Assembly: GCA_963751665.1 (NCBI GenBank)
Contig: CAVVVF010000009.1
Coordinates: forward strand, 107,344-171,343
Source: an uncultured Actinomycetes bacterium
GTDB lineage: Bacteria; Actinomycetota; UBA4738; HRBIN12
Direction of reading: 5' to 3'
Length of the DNA stretch: 64,000 nt
Shown: positions 1 through 10,802 of the stretch, piece after piece
Layout: the number at the start of each line of letters is the position of its first letter
How positions within the stretch are numbered: the first letter of the stretch is position 1
The notes under the pieces: generated by a model
What the model saw: only the letters and a program-made list of their open reading frames with translations
Told to the model about the DNA's origin: nothing
Databases searched by the model: none
Program-made: the position numbers and the translations under genes

Positions 1-923
1 TCAAGTCGGCCGGCCTCCCGGCCGTCGTCCACGGCCGGGACCTCCTCCAGGCGAACGGGCTGTCGCAGGCCGGCGGGGCCATCTTCCAGGTCGTGGGGGG
101 CGGGGCGGCCCTCGTGGGCACGGCGATCGCGCCCTCGTGGATCGTCGCGCTCCTCGGCGCGGCCTGTACGTGGTGGCCGCGATCGTCGCGCGCTCCGTCG
201 ACCGGCTGGAGTACGAGCGCCGCACCTCCCGGTTCGCCGAGGAGGTGCGGCGCGTCTTCCGCGACATCGCGACCGGCCTGCGCGAGGTGTTCGGCCGGCC
301 GGCCGCGGCCCTCGGCGTGTCCGGCTTCCAGGCCCTGCGCATGGAGTTCTTCGGGTTTGTGGCCCTGGTCTTCGCGCTCCAAGCGCGCAACCTGCTCTCC
401 GGCTCCAACTCGGACAAGACCGTGGTCGCCATCGCCGGGGCGTGCGGGGCGATCGGCGCGGCGATCGGCCTGGTTCTGGCGCAGAAGCTCAAGGACCGGG
501 TCCCGCCGTACCGGCTGCTTGTGTCGGCCATGGCGGCGCTGGGCGTCGGGGTCATCTTGTTCGGAGGGGTCCAGACGATCGCCGGCTACTCGGCGCTCAC
601 GTTCGTCGGCGCGCTGGGCTTCTTCCTGGGCAAGATCTCGGCCGACACGATCATGCAGCAGGCGCTCCCCGACGACTTCCGGGGCCGGGGGTTCAGCCTG
701 TTCGACATCGCCTACAACCTGGGGTGGATCGTGCCGGCCCTCGTGCTGTCGCTCATATGGAACGATGACCGGGTGCGGGTCATCCTGATCGGCTCGGGCG
801 TCGTCTTCCTGGCTCGTGACGGCGGCCATCTCTCGGTGGGCGGCGAGCATCCGGGACCAGCTGGCCAGCCAGGACGACATCGGCGACCCGCAGGTCGCCA
901 CGGGCGACGGACGGGCCCGATGA
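1..923 (+). CDS. MFS-type transporter, C-terminal part (5' end outside window; frame changes near 168 and 812)
   Basis: Continuous TM-rich translation across three frame segments (..GGAALVGTAIAPSWIVALLGAA / LYVVAAIV..FGFVALVFAL..VSAMAALGVGVILFGG / WLVTAAISRWAASIRDQLASQDD). Stop TGA at 921-923 overlaps the next ATG. Confidence 0.55.
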
Positions 924-1491
924 TGCGGGCTCCCACGCCGGACCCGATCGGCGACCCATCCGGGTACCAGCGCCATCTGTTGTCGCTCCTGGGCGACGAT
1001 GACCCGGCCGAGGTGCAGGCGGCGACGCCGGCCGAGTGGCGATCCATCCTCGCGGAGGCGGGTGACCTCTTGGCCGTTCGGCCCGAGCCCAGTGAGTGGT
1101 CGGCGCTCGAATGCCTGGGGCACGCCACGGACGCGGAGATCGTCTACGCGGGGCGATACCGCTGGATCGTGGCACACGACGAACCACCGTTGGTCGGCTA
1201 CGATCAGGACCGGTGGGTGGAGCGACTGCATCAAGGAGCCGAGGATCCCGATGCCCTGCTGCTCGTGTTCGAGACGCTCCGGCAGGCCAACCTCGCGTTG
1301 TGGGCCCGGGCGACGCCCTCGGACAAGGCGCGTGTCGGCCTGCACGCCGAGCGCGGATCCGGGAGAGCCTGAACCTCTCGTTCCGGCTGATCGCCGGGCA
1401 CGACCGGTTCCAGCTGGACCAGGCCCGCCTGGGGCTCGCCCATCAGAACGGTGAGGCGCGGCAGATCCGTTCCTCGAACTCCGGGAAGTAG
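920..1491 (+). CDS. DinB-family protein (frame change near 1360)
   Basis: ..EWSALECLGHATDAEIVYAGRYRWIV..PPLVGYDQDRWV.., then after a frame shift ..LSFRLIAGHDRFQLDQARLGL, which is a typical DinB four-helix pattern. Confidence 0.55.
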
Positions 1492-1694
1492 TTCGAGATA
1501 ACGGAGACGTCGAAGGAGGGAAGGATCGACTCCTTCGGCTCCCGCTCCAGGAGGAACTGGAAACAGGCCCGGACGAATTCGTCGAGGGCCCGGAAATGCC
1601 GGCCGAGCCGTTCGAAGTCTGCCAGCGACACGGTGACGTCGTGGGTCGTGGTGGACCCGTCTTCGTCCGTGACGATGACGCGGAACCGCGGCAC
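1443..1694 (-). CDS. Small conserved hypothetical protein (83 aa)
   Basis: GTG start at 1694. VPRFRVIVTDEDGSTTTHDVTVSLADFERLG..FLLEREPKESILPSFDVSVISNYFPEFEERI has protein-like composition. The upstream part of the long ORF is an antisense shadow. Confidence 0.45.
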   Translation of the reverse strand: MPRFRVIVTDEDGSTTTHDVTVSLADFERLGRHFRALDEFVRACFQFLLEREPKESILPSFDVSVISNYFPEFEERICRASPF

Positions 1695-1787
1695 GAGATC
1701 CTCGCCGCCGCGCGCCTGACCTCGATCTCGGCCACGCGATGCCCCCCGGCGTGTATCGTACGCGAGCTCTCGAACGGAGGTCTTCCC

Positions 1788-2568
1788 ATGCCGGAGGTCG
1801 TCACCGAGGACGTCACCCTGCACTGCGAGGTGGACGGGGACGGCGACCCGGTCACGGTCGTCGCGCACGGCCTGACGAACAACTGCCGGGAGCTCGCGGC
1901 GCTCACGCCGCATGGTCCCCGGGACCAAGGTGCGGTTCGACTTCCGCGGCCACGGCCAATCGAGCGCGCCGAAGAACGGGTACCGGTTCCAGGACCTGGC
2001 GCGCGACCTCGTCGCCGTGGCCACCGCGTACGGAGCGACCCGGGCCGTCGGCACGTCGCTCGGTGCCGGGGCCATCGCCAACCTGGTGAGCCGGGAGCCC
2101 GACCGCTTCGAGCGGATGGTGTGGCTCCTGCCTGCCGCCCTGGACCTTCCGTTCGGGTTCAAGGACCGATACCTGGAGCTCGCGGCGAGCCTCGACGGCA
2201 AGACTCCCGAGGAGGCGCTCGCGGCGATCGTCTCGGATCCCGAGCGAGTGGCCCAGTACGTGCAGACGCCGTGGAGGCTGGAGATCGACAAGGTGATGTG
2301 GGAGCACCTCCACCCCGAGGGCGTGGCCCGGGCCATCCGGGAGATCATCGAGGACTGGCCGGTTCCCGACCGCGAGCTGCTGCGCAACGTGACGGCCCCG
2401 ACGCTCTTGATCTGCATCGAGGGCGACGACATCCACCCGGCAGAGCTCGGCCGGATCCTGCACGACCTCCTGCCGAGCTCTGAGCTCCTGATGTTCGAGA
2501 GCGAGATCGCGCTGTTCCAGGCCATCCCCATGCTCGTCCAGAGGGTTGGCGAGTTCCTCCTTCGGTAG
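1788..2568 (+). CDS. Alpha/beta hydrolase (frame change near 1910)
   Basis: GGAGG lies 8 nt before the ATG at 1788. MPEVVTEDVTLHCEVDGDGDPVTVVAHGL.. joins ..VRFDFRGHGQSS..AVGTSLGAGAI..; C-terminal half is intact. Confidence 0.7.
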
Positions 2569-2578
2569 GCTCTGCCGC

Positions 2579-3292
2579 GTGACCGAGGAGCTCTTCTCGA
2601 CCGACGCGTACGCGCGCACGTGCGAGGCGACCGTGACCGATGCCGGCGCCGACGGCGTGGTGCTCGACCGGACGGTGTTCTACGCGAGGAGTGGTGGACA
2701 GCCCGGGGACACCGGTTGGCTCACGTGGGACGGCGGCAAGGCCCGCGTGGCCGACACGTTCAAGAAGGATGGCGCGCTCCGGCACGCCATCGAGGGTGAC
2801 CCACCCCCCCTCGGGGCCCGCGTGACCGCCGAGATCGACTGGGACCGGCGGCACACGTTCATGCGCACCCACACCGCGCTCCACGCCCTGTCGGGGATCG
2901 TGTGGCGCCACTACGGAGCCAAGGTCACGGGCGGGTCCATGGATCTCGGCGTGGCCCGCATGGACTTCGAGCTCCCCAGCATGTCGGCGGAGTTCGGCCG
3001 GGCCGTCGAGGAGAAGCTGAACGAGGCGCTGGGCCGGGATCGCCCGGTGCACGTCTCGTTCGTACCGCGGGACGATGCCCTGGCCGACCCCGATCTCATC
3101 CGAACGAAGGTGAACCTGATCCCCGATCACGTCGATCCCATCCGCGTCATCGACATCGAAGGGGTCGACAAACAGGCCGACGGCGGTACCCACGTCCGCT
3201 CGACGGCCGAGGTTGGCCGGATCCGCGTGGTGAAGACCGAGAGCAAGGGCCAGGCCTTCAAGCGGATGCGGATCGAGCTTGTCGACCGGTAG
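2579..3292 (+). CDS. alaX: AlaX-type alanyl-tRNA editing protein (tRNA synthetase second additional domain)
   Basis: ..FYARSGGQPGDTG.., HTALHAL, ..DKQADGGTHVRSTAEVG.. (the HxxxH and CxxxH-like editing-site pattern of the AlaX family). Start is either GTG 2579 or TTG 2546. Confidence 0.8.
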   Translation: MTEELFSTDAYARTCEATVTDAGADGVVLDRTVFYARSGGQPGDTGWLTWDGGKARVADTFKKDGALRHAIEGDPPPLGARVTAEIDWDRRHTFMRTHTALHALSGIVWRHYGAKVTGGSMDLGVARMDFELPSMSAEFGRAVEEKLNEALGRDRPVHVSFVPRDDALADPDLIRTKVNLIPDHVDPIRVIDIEGVDKQADGGTHVRSTAEVGRIRVVKTESKGQAFKRMRIELVDR

Positions 3293-4202
3293 CGCCCGGG
3301 CCTCCGCGACGCGGGCCGAAGCGGTCGGCGGGGGGCTGGTCGCTTTGGCTGCCCTGTGCTTCGGCGCCGTCGTCGTCCTGGGGAAGCACGAGCTCGAGAG
3401 CGGCATCACCGTGTACTCGCTCCTCGCCATCCGATTCGGGATCGCCGCCGTCGTGCTCCTCGTGCTGCTGATCGCGCTCCGCCGTCCGCTCGCGGCGGCG
3501 GAGGGCGAGCGGGCCGGGCTCGCGGTGCTCGCCGTTTGCGGCTACGCCGTGGAGGCGACGCTGTTCTTCCTGGCGCTCGAGCACGGGACCGCGGCCGCCG
3601 TGACGCTGCTGTTCTTCGTCTATCCCGTGGTGGTGACGCTCATGTCGTGGATGGTGGGGAGCGGCCGTCCGAGGCCGCTCACGCTCCTCGCGCTGGCGTC
3701 CGCGGTGACGGGCGCGGTGGTGGTCGTGGTGACCGGGAGCGGACTGTCGATCCAGGCGCGAGGGGTGGTCGCGGCGCTCGGCGCCGCGACCACCTACAGC
3801 GCCTACCTGGTCGGGACCGATCGCGTGTTGCGTCGTACGAGCCCCCTCACGAGCGCGATGTGGGTGAGCGCGGGCGCATCGCTCGGCCTGTTCGCGTTCG
3901 CGACGCTCACCGGGAACGGCACGATCCCGTCCGGATGGAGCGAGTGGTGGCCGGTGATCGGCATGGGCTTGGCCACCGCGGCGGCGTTCGCCTGCCTCCT
4001 GGAGGGCATCCGGCGGGTCGGCGCCGTGCGGACGGCGATCGTGTCCGCGATGGAGCCGCTCGCCGCCGCGGCACTGGCCGTGCTGTTCCTCGGCGAGTCC
4101 GTCACCGGCGGCATCGCGCTCGGCGGCCCGCTGATCCTGGTGGGCGCTGTCGTCGCCAGCCTGTCCCGGCCCACGACGGTGCAGGAGCAGCAGGTCCCGT
4201 AG
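3279..4202 (+). CDS. EamA/DMT family transporter
   Basis: 307 aa with about 10 hydrophobic segments and a duplicated EamA-like layout. TTG start. Confidence 0.75.
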   Translation: MSTGSARASATRAEAVGGGLVALAALCFGAVVVLGKHELESGITVYSLLAIRFGIAAVVLLVLLIALRRPLAAAEGERAGLAVLAVCGYAVEATLFFLALEHGTAAAVTLLFFVYPVVVTLMSWMVGSGRPRPLTLLALASAVTGAVVVVVTGSGLSIQARGVVAALGAATTYSAYLVGTDRVLRRTSPLTSAMWVSAGASLGLFAFATLTGNGTIPSGWSEWWPVIGMGLATAAAFACLLEGIRRVGAVRTAIVSAMEPLAAAALAVLFLGESVTGGIALGGPLILVGAVVASLSRPTTVQEQQVP

Positions 4203-4254
4203 CCGGACGAGCGCGCGGCGGGCTGGAGTACGCTCAGGCCGGAAGGAGCCCCGG

Positions 4255-4932
4255 GTGGACCGGACGATCGCGTTCCTGTTCGACCTCGACGGCACGCTCG
4301 TCGACAGCGTGTACCAGCACGTCCTGGCGTGGCAGGACGCGCTCGACCACGTGGGCATCGAGCTCTCGGTGTGGCGGATCCACCGCAAGATCGGGATGAG
4401 CGGCGGCCTGTTCGCGAACGCGCTCCTTCGGGAGACCGGGCGCGAGGTCAGCGCCCAGGAGCGGGAGCGCCTGAAGAAGTTCCACGCCGAGGCGTACGAG
4501 CAGCGGGCCGGGCAGGTGCGCCTGCTGCCGGGCTCCCGCGAGCTCCTGGCGTACCTCTCGGACGCGGGGGTCCCGTGGGCCATCGCCACGAGCGGAGGCA
4601 TGGAGAGCGCCGGCCGCGTGCTGCCGCTCCTTCAGGTTCCCGACGACGTCCCCGTCGTGACGCGCGACCAGGTGGCCTACGCCAAGCCGGACCCGGACCT
4701 GTTCCTGGCCGCCGCCGAGCGATTGGGCGTCGACGTCACCGAGTCGGTCGTCGTCGGGGACAGCGTGTGGGACCTGCTCGCCGCTCGACGCGCCAGGGCC
4801 CTGGGCGTCGGCCTGCTCTCGGGCGGCTACGGGCAGGACGAGCTGGAGCGCGCCGGGGCCTACCGCGTGTACGAGGACCCGGCCGACCTCCTCCGCCACC
4901 TCGACGAGGTGGGCGTTCGTCACCGGGCATAG
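4255..4932 (+). CDS. HAD-superfamily phosphatase (beta-phosphoglucomutase-like subfamily)
   Basis: DLDGTLVDS motif I, ATSG motif II, VGDSVWD motif IV. GGAAGGAG RBS before the GTG at 4255. Confidence 0.8.
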   Translation: MDRTIAFLFDLDGTLVDSVYQHVLAWQDALDHVGIELSVWRIHRKIGMSGGLFANALLRETGREVSAQERERLKKFHAEAYEQRAGQVRLLPGSRELLAYLSDAGVPWAIATSGGMESAGRVLPLLQVPDDVPVVTRDQVAYAKPDPDLFLAAAERLGVDVTESVVVGDSVWDLLAARRARALGVGLLSGGYGQDELERAGAYRVYEDPADLLRHLDEVGVRHRA

Positions 4933-4965
4933 TCGTGCCATGCCGCTAGAGAGGCTGGCCGGAGT

Positions 4966-5871
4966 CTAGTCCGACCCCGGCTCGACGACCTCCTCGAGCC
5001 ATCCGGTCACGGCGGCCATCCACCGGTCGGGATCCTCGATCATCGGGACGTGTCCCACCCGCGGGAGCAGGCGAACCCGCCAGTTCGGGTGGCTGGCGAT
5101 GGCGGCCTGCGCGAACGCCACCGGCACCAGCCGGTCGCCGTAGCCGTGGATCACGAGGACCGGGCACTTCACGCGATCCAGGACCTTGCGGGCCAGCTCG
5201 CCGCGCTCGCCCAGGCGAAGGAGCGAGCGGGCCGCCTCCACAAGGGCTGGTCCGATGTCCGGATCCTTCTGCCGCTCGAGCAGCTGGTCGATGTGCGCCC
5301 TCACGAGCTCCTCGGGCACGGTGGAAGGGTTCACGGTGACGATCCGGAACCCCAGGCGCACGATGCGCTCGGCCGACATCGCGGTGAACCGCTTCCTGGC
5401 CACCCACTCGCCGATCCCCGGGGCTCGATACAGGGCGAAGCCGGTCAGGACCAGGGCCGACGGCACGCCCCCCCGGGCCCACGGGAACACCGACGAGCTC
5501 AGCACGACGCCCTCAGCCGACGCCGGCTCGTAGGCTGCCTGGAGCATGGCGATGGCGCCGCCCATGGAGTTGCCGACCAGGACCGCCGGCCCCCCGATCA
5601 CCTCGTCGATGAATCGCGCCAGCAGCACCTGGTTCGCGCTGAGCTTGCTGCTCCGCCCGTCGCGGGGCGTGCGACCGAAGCCGGCCAGGTCGAGCGCGAG
5701 CACCCGGCCGTGCTCGGACAGGCGCCGCCCGACCAGCGCCCAGCTGAGGTAGGAGCCGCCGAGGCCGTGGATCAGGACGAAGCTCCGTCCCGGGGGCCCC
5801 TCCCACTCCACGTAATGGACCGGTCCGTCCAGGTCGACGAACCGGCTCTCCGGGATGTCGAGCTCGCCCAC
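4966..5871 (-). CDS. Alpha/beta hydrolase
   Basis: HGLGGS oxyanion region, GNSMGG nucleophile elbow, C-terminal GHVPM. Confidence 0.8.
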   Translation of the reverse strand: MGELDIPESRFVDLDGPVHYVEWEGPPGRSFVLIHGLGGSYLSWALVGRRLSEHGRVLALDLAGFGRTPRDGRSSKLSANQVLLARFIDEVIGGPAVLVGNSMGGAIAMLQAAYEPASAEGVVLSSSVFPWARGGVPSALVLTGFALYRAPGIGEWVARKRFTAMSAERIVRLGFRIVTVNPSTVPEELVRAHIDQLLERQKDPDIGPALVEAARSLLRLGERGELARKVLDRVKCPVLVIHGYGDRLVPVAFAQAAIASHPNWRVRLLPRVGHVPMIEDPDRWMAAVTGWLEEVVEPGSD

Positions 5872-5939
5872 GGGCCAAGCGTACTGCCGGGACCCGGCGA
5901 GCAGGTCAGACCGTTCCGGACCGGTCGGCCAGCTTGCCG

Positions 5940-6320
5940 CTAAGGATTGACCACCTCGGTCTTCCTGGCGACGATGGCGGCCAAGACTTCCCGCTTTTCG
6001 CGCTCCGGCACTTTGAAGTGGTCGAGGGCGTTGGCGATCTCCGCGCCGACCTCGTCGAACTCCTCAGACGTGAGGTGGAGATCCTTGTGCGCTTCGTGCA
6101 TGTCCTTGCCGGTGTATTCGAAGGGCCCGCCGGCCGCTTGGCAGAGCCAGAGCGTCCGCATGAATTTCAGGCCTGGCAACTGACCCGATGCGTTCCATTC
6201 CTTCAGGTGGGGGTTCACATTCAGCTTCGGATTCTTGACGATCTCGTCGCTGAAGCGGTCGACGACCATGGCGATGGCGTTGACGCCCCCGATCCGTTCG
6301 TACAGGCTCTTCTCGATCAT
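5940..6320 (-). CDS. glbN: Group I truncated haemoglobin
   Basis: MIEKSLYERIGG..AIAMVVDRFSDEI..MHEAHKDLHLTSEEFDEV, a 2-on-2 globin signature. Strong GGAGGGAGG RBS. Confidence 0.8.
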   Translation of the reverse strand: MIEKSLYERIGGVNAIAMVVDRFSDEIVKNPKLNVNPHLKEWNASGQLPGLKFMRTLWLCQAAGGPFEYTGKDMHEAHKDLHLTSEEFDEVGAEIANALDHFKVPEREKREVLAAIVARKTEVVNP

Positions 6321-6454
6321 CGTTCCTCCCTCCACACACCGCGGACTATGTGTACTACGGGCGCGCGCCGCAGTCGGACTGAGTTTGGAATCGCGCCTGG
6401 TGTGACACCCTCCTCTCGAAGGCTCGACACGGATCGGATGAGGGGAGCGGATCG

Positions 6455-6844
6455 ATGAGGAAGCGTGTTGAGGCGAACCGGCCGTGGGCGAAGGTGATGG
6501 GCTACTCGCGCGCCGTGCGGGTCGGGAACGTCGTCGAGGTCTCCGGCACGGCGGCCGCCGCGCCCGACGGCAGCGTCCTCTCACCGGGCGACGTCGAGGG
6601 CCAGACCCGCGCGGCCTTGGCCACGATAGGAGAAGCGCTGGGAGAGCTGGGAGCCTCGTTCGCCGACGTGGTCAGGACCCGCGTCCTCCTGGCCGATGCG
6701 TCGCGCTGGGAGGAGGCCGCGCGGGCCCACGGCGAGGTGTTCCGCGACGTCCGTCCGGCCAACACGACGATGGGCGGCCTCGAGTTCATCGATCCCGCCA
6801 TCCTGGTCGAGGTGGAGGTCTCCGCCGTCGTCGAGCCCGGCTAG
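6455..6844 (+). CDS. RidA/YjgF family protein
   Basis: ..YSRAVRVGNVVEVSGT..QTRAALATIGEAL..VVRTRVLL..P.NTTMG... Confidence 0.8.
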   Translation: MRKRVEANRPWAKVMGYSRAVRVGNVVEVSGTAAAAPDGSVLSPGDVEGQTRAALATIGEALGELGASFADVVRTRVLLADASRWEEAARAHGEVFRDVRPANTTMGGLEFIDPAILVEVEVSAVVEPG

Positions 6845-6854
6845 ACTTCGCCGT

Positions 6855-8189
6855 ATGGCGATCGTGGCGCTCCGGCCCCCACTCCGCGACCTTGTGGGCG
6901 GGCGATGGGAGATCGAGGTCGAGGGCGCGACGGTGGCCGACGTCCTTCGGTCGCTCGAGCGCTCCAACCCCCGCCTCGCGGGCTGGGTCCTGGACGAGCA
7001 GGGCAGGATCCGAGAACACATCGCGGTGTTCGTGAACAAGGAACGGGCGGCGTCCGACGCCACGGTGTCCGCGTTCGACCGGGTCCACGTGCTCCCGGCC
7101 ATCTCCGGTGGCTCGGGCACGACCGAGGTGCTGGTGGGCACCCGCAAGGGCCTGTTCGTCCTGCGTGGGGAACGAGGTGGTTCCATGCACGTCGCCGCCC
7201 GGCGGTTCTCCGGACAGACCGTCGAGTTCGCCGTCCGCGATCCGCGGAACGGCCGCTCCTTCGCCTCGGTCACCCACGGCCAGTTCGGCCCCCGGCTGTA
7301 CTTCACCGACGACCCCACGGCCGAGGACTGGGAGCAGGCCGAGGGTCCGGCGTTTCCCGAGACCGACGGGGCGGCGGTGGAACGGATCTGGATCGTGCAG
7401 CCCGGCGAGGAGGACGGCGTGCTGTGGGCCGGGGTGGCCCCCGCCGCGCTGTTTCGAAGCGAGGACGGCGGCCGCACGTGGGCGCTGAACCGGGGTCTGT
7501 GGGATCAACCGGGGCGCGAGAACTGGCAACCGGGGCAGGGTGGCCTCGCCCTCCACTCCATCTGTCCGTGGCCCGGCGATCCGGACCGCATGGCCATCGG
7601 CATCTCCGCAGTGGGGGTCTGGCTGACCGACGACGGTGGGCGGAGTTGGCGCCACGGCAACAAGGGCCTCGTGCCCCGATACGTCCCGGAGGAGGCCCGT
7701 GAGACGACGCAGGATCTCTGCGTCCACAACATGTACCGGTCGCCGGTCGCGCCGGAGCGCCTGTTCATGCAGTTCCACGGCGGCGTGTATCGCTCCGACG
7801 ATTGCGGCGAGACCTGGCTCGACATCGCCGAGGGCCTGCCGTCGGACTTCGGCTTCCCGCTGGTCATGCACCCGCGGGACCCCGATCGAGCGTTCGTCAT
7901 CCCGCTGGTCGCCGACCGCGACCGGGTCACGCCCGAGGGCAAGGTGCGCGTGTACGAGACCGGCGATGCGGGCGCGACCTGGGAACCGCGAGGCCAGGGG
8001 CTCCCGAACGAACAGGCGTACCTGACCGTCCTTCGCCAGGCCTTCGGGCACGACGGCGGCGATCCGCTGGGCCTGTACTTCGGCGCTACGTCGGGCGAGC
8101 TGTTCGGCTCTGCCGACGGCGGCCGGACGTGGAGGACGGTGGCCCAGCACCTGGCCCCCGTGACCTCCGTCCGCGTCTGGTCTGCCTGA
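6855..8189 (+). CDS. MoaD/ThiS-like beta-grasp domain fused in frame to a BNR/Asp-box beta-propeller protein
   Basis: The first ~86 aa end ..VHVLPAISGG (ubiquitin-like GG). The frame continues SGTTEVLVGTRKGLF.. with repeated SxDxGxTW motifs (SEDGGRTW, TDDGGRSW, SDDCGETW, TGDAGATW, SADGGRTW). Confidence 0.7.
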   Translation: MAIVALRPPLRDLVGGRWEIEVEGATVADVLRSLERSNPRLAGWVLDEQGRIREHIAVFVNKERAASDATVSAFDRVHVLPAISGGSGTTEVLVGTRKGLFVLRGERGGSMHVAARRFSGQTVEFAVRDPRNGRSFASVTHGQFGPRLYFTDDPTAEDWEQAEGPAFPETDGAAVERIWIVQPGEEDGVLWAGVAPAALFRSEDGGRTWALNRGLWDQPGRENWQPGQGGLALHSICPWPGDPDRMAIGISAVGVWLTDDGGRSWRHGNKGLVPRYVPEEARETTQDLCVHNMYRSPVAPERLFMQFHGGVYRSDDCGETWLDIAEGLPSDFGFPLVMHPRDPDRAFVIPLVADRDRVTPEGKVRVYETGDAGATWEPRGQGLPNEQAYLTVLRQAFGHDGGDPLGLYFGATSGELFGSADGGRTWRTVAQHLAPVTSVRVWSA

Positions 8190-8665
8190 TGCCGGCGAAG
8201 GCGAATGCGAAGCTCCGGCCGCTGTGGGCCTGCCCACGGTGCGGGCAACGGTTCGTTTCGCCCAACATGTGGCACTCCTGCGTCCGGATGACCGTCGGCG
8301 ATCACATGCGGGGCCGCCCGAAAGAGGTAGTGGACCTGTACCGCCGGTTCGCCAGGATGGTTCGCGAACTGGGGCCGGGGGTGAAGGCGGTGGCGGTGAA
8401 GACCGGGATCGGATTCATGGTCCGGGTCCGGTTCGCCGGTGCCGTCCTGCAGAAGGGCGGCCTGCGCGCGAACTTCTGGCTGAAGAGGAGGATCGAGAGC
8501 CCGCGGTTCGCCAAGGTCGAGTTCATCCCACCGAACAACTACATCTACTCCTTCCACGTTCGCTCCCCGGACGACCTGGACGACGAGGTCCGCGGGTGGC
8601 TGGGGGAGGCCTACCGGGTGGGCATCCAGGAGTACCTGAGCTCGAAGGTAGCGGCGAAGCCCTGA
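8189..8665 (+). CDS. DUF5655-like protein with N-terminal CxxC zinc-ribbon
   Basis: The ATG overlaps the previous TGA. ..WACPRCGQRF..WHSC.. followed by a conserved-looking alpha/beta body. Family assignment is from memory. Confidence 0.5.
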   Translation: MPAKANAKLRPLWACPRCGQRFVSPNMWHSCVRMTVGDHMRGRPKEVVDLYRRFARMVRELGPGVKAVAVKTGIGFMVRVRFAGAVLQKGGLRANFWLKRRIESPRFAKVEFIPPNNYIYSFHVRSPDDLDDEVRGWLGEAYRVGIQEYLSSKVAAKP

Positions 8666-8692
8666 CGCTCCTCCCCGCGTAGCATCGCCATC

Positions 8693-9598
8693 GTGGTCAC
8701 GACCGCCGTGCCGAGCGTCTCCGGCGTGTTCCGAGGGTTCCCCAGACCCGTACCGGGCCGACCGGGTGACCCGGGCCTGTTCGGGCCGGGTTCCATGGTG
8801 TGGCGGGTGAACGGCGAGACCGCCATGCTTCTGGGCTCGGGGCGGGCCCTGCTGATGCAGATCGCCCATCCCATGGTCGCCGCCGGCGTGGCCGACCACA
8901 GTGACTTCGAGGCGGGAGCGTTCGACCGGCTATGGCGAACGCTCGACGCGGTCCTCACGGTGGCCTTCGGAGACACCGAGCAGGCGATCGCCGCGGCGGA
9001 CCACGTGACCGAGATCCACCGACGGGTGGGCGGAAGCCGCGGCGGACGGTCCTATTCGGCCCTCGACCCGGGCCTCTTGCTGTGGGTCCACGCCACCCTG
9101 GTGGACACGGCGCTCGTCACGTATCGGCGTTTCGTGGGACCGCTCGCGCCGGGAGACCAGGAGCGGTACTACCAGGAGATGAAGCGCTTCGCCGGCGCCT
9201 TCGGGGTTCCCCCGGAGATCCTGCCCGGGGATCTCGCCGGGTTCCGCCGATACGTGCAGGAGGCGGTGGCCACCCTCGAGGTGACCCCCCAGGCCCGCCG
9301 CCTTGCGAGCGGGATCCTGGCCCCTCCCGCACCCGCCCTCCTGGCGCCGGTCCGTGGCCTGCTCCGGGCGAGCACCGTCGGGCTCCTCCCAGGGCGGCTC
9401 CGAGGGGCGTTCGGCTTGGCCTGGGGCCCGGCCCGTGACCGGGCCCTGGAGTTGGCCGCCGGGGCCGTCCGTCGAACCCTCCCGGCGCTGCCGTCGAAGG
9501 TACGGATGTGGCCCCACGCCAGGGGCGGCGATGGCTCGTTCGGACCCGAAAAGCCGCTGGTAGCTGGGGGAATAGACCAGGTCGTCACGATGTCTTAA
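8693..9598 (+). CDS. MpaB/DUF2236-family oxygenase
   Basis: ..GRALLMQIAHPMVAAGVADHSDF..RLWRTL..HRRV..LLLWVHATL... Confidence 0.75.
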   Translation: MVTTAVPSVSGVFRGFPRPVPGRPGDPGLFGPGSMVWRVNGETAMLLGSGRALLMQIAHPMVAAGVADHSDFEAGAFDRLWRTLDAVLTVAFGDTEQAIAAADHVTEIHRRVGGSRGGRSYSALDPGLLLWVHATLVDTALVTYRRFVGPLAPGDQERYYQEMKRFAGAFGVPPEILPGDLAGFRRYVQEAVATLEVTPQARRLASGILAPPAPALLAPVRGLLRASTVGLLPGRLRGAFGLAWGPARDRALELAAGAVRRTLPALPSKVRMWPHARGGDGSFGPEKPLVAGGIDQVVTMS

Positions 9599-9610
9599 CA
9601 AGTGGCGGCC

Positions 9611-9639
9611 TTTACAAGGGGTGGGACCGCCCGTACCAT
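9611..9639 (+). promoter_or_regulatory. Candidate sigma-70-type promoter for the sigma-factor gene
   Basis: TTTACA (9611-9616), a 17-nt spacer, then TACCAT (9634-9639), about 135 nt upstream of the ATG at 9774. Pattern match only. Confidence 0.25.
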
Positions 9640-9773
9640 GGGAAACGCGGAATGCCACCGGTAGCTCCATTTTCGAGCGCCCGCCTGCCGACGTACTATG
9701 TAAGGTCCCCGAGACCTCCCCGAGCGAGTAACCACGCCCTGGGGAGACCCGGAGGAGGAGAGTGAAGGACTAG

Positions 9774-10703
<930 letters not shown>

Positions 10704-10726
10704 GGCGCCGCGAGCTCATCACCGGC

Positions 10727-10768
10727 GGGGGCCGGTCCGCGAACGCGGACCGGCCCCCTTTCGTTTCA
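10727..10768 (+). terminator. Rho-independent terminator between convergent genes
   Basis: Stem of about 14 bp with a few-nt loop (GGGGGCCGGTCCGC gaac GCGGACCGGCCCCC), followed by TTTCGTTTC. Confidence 0.55.
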
Positions 10769-10802
10769 CTGAGGCGGCCGACCGGCCGCCGGACCTTCGT
10801 TA

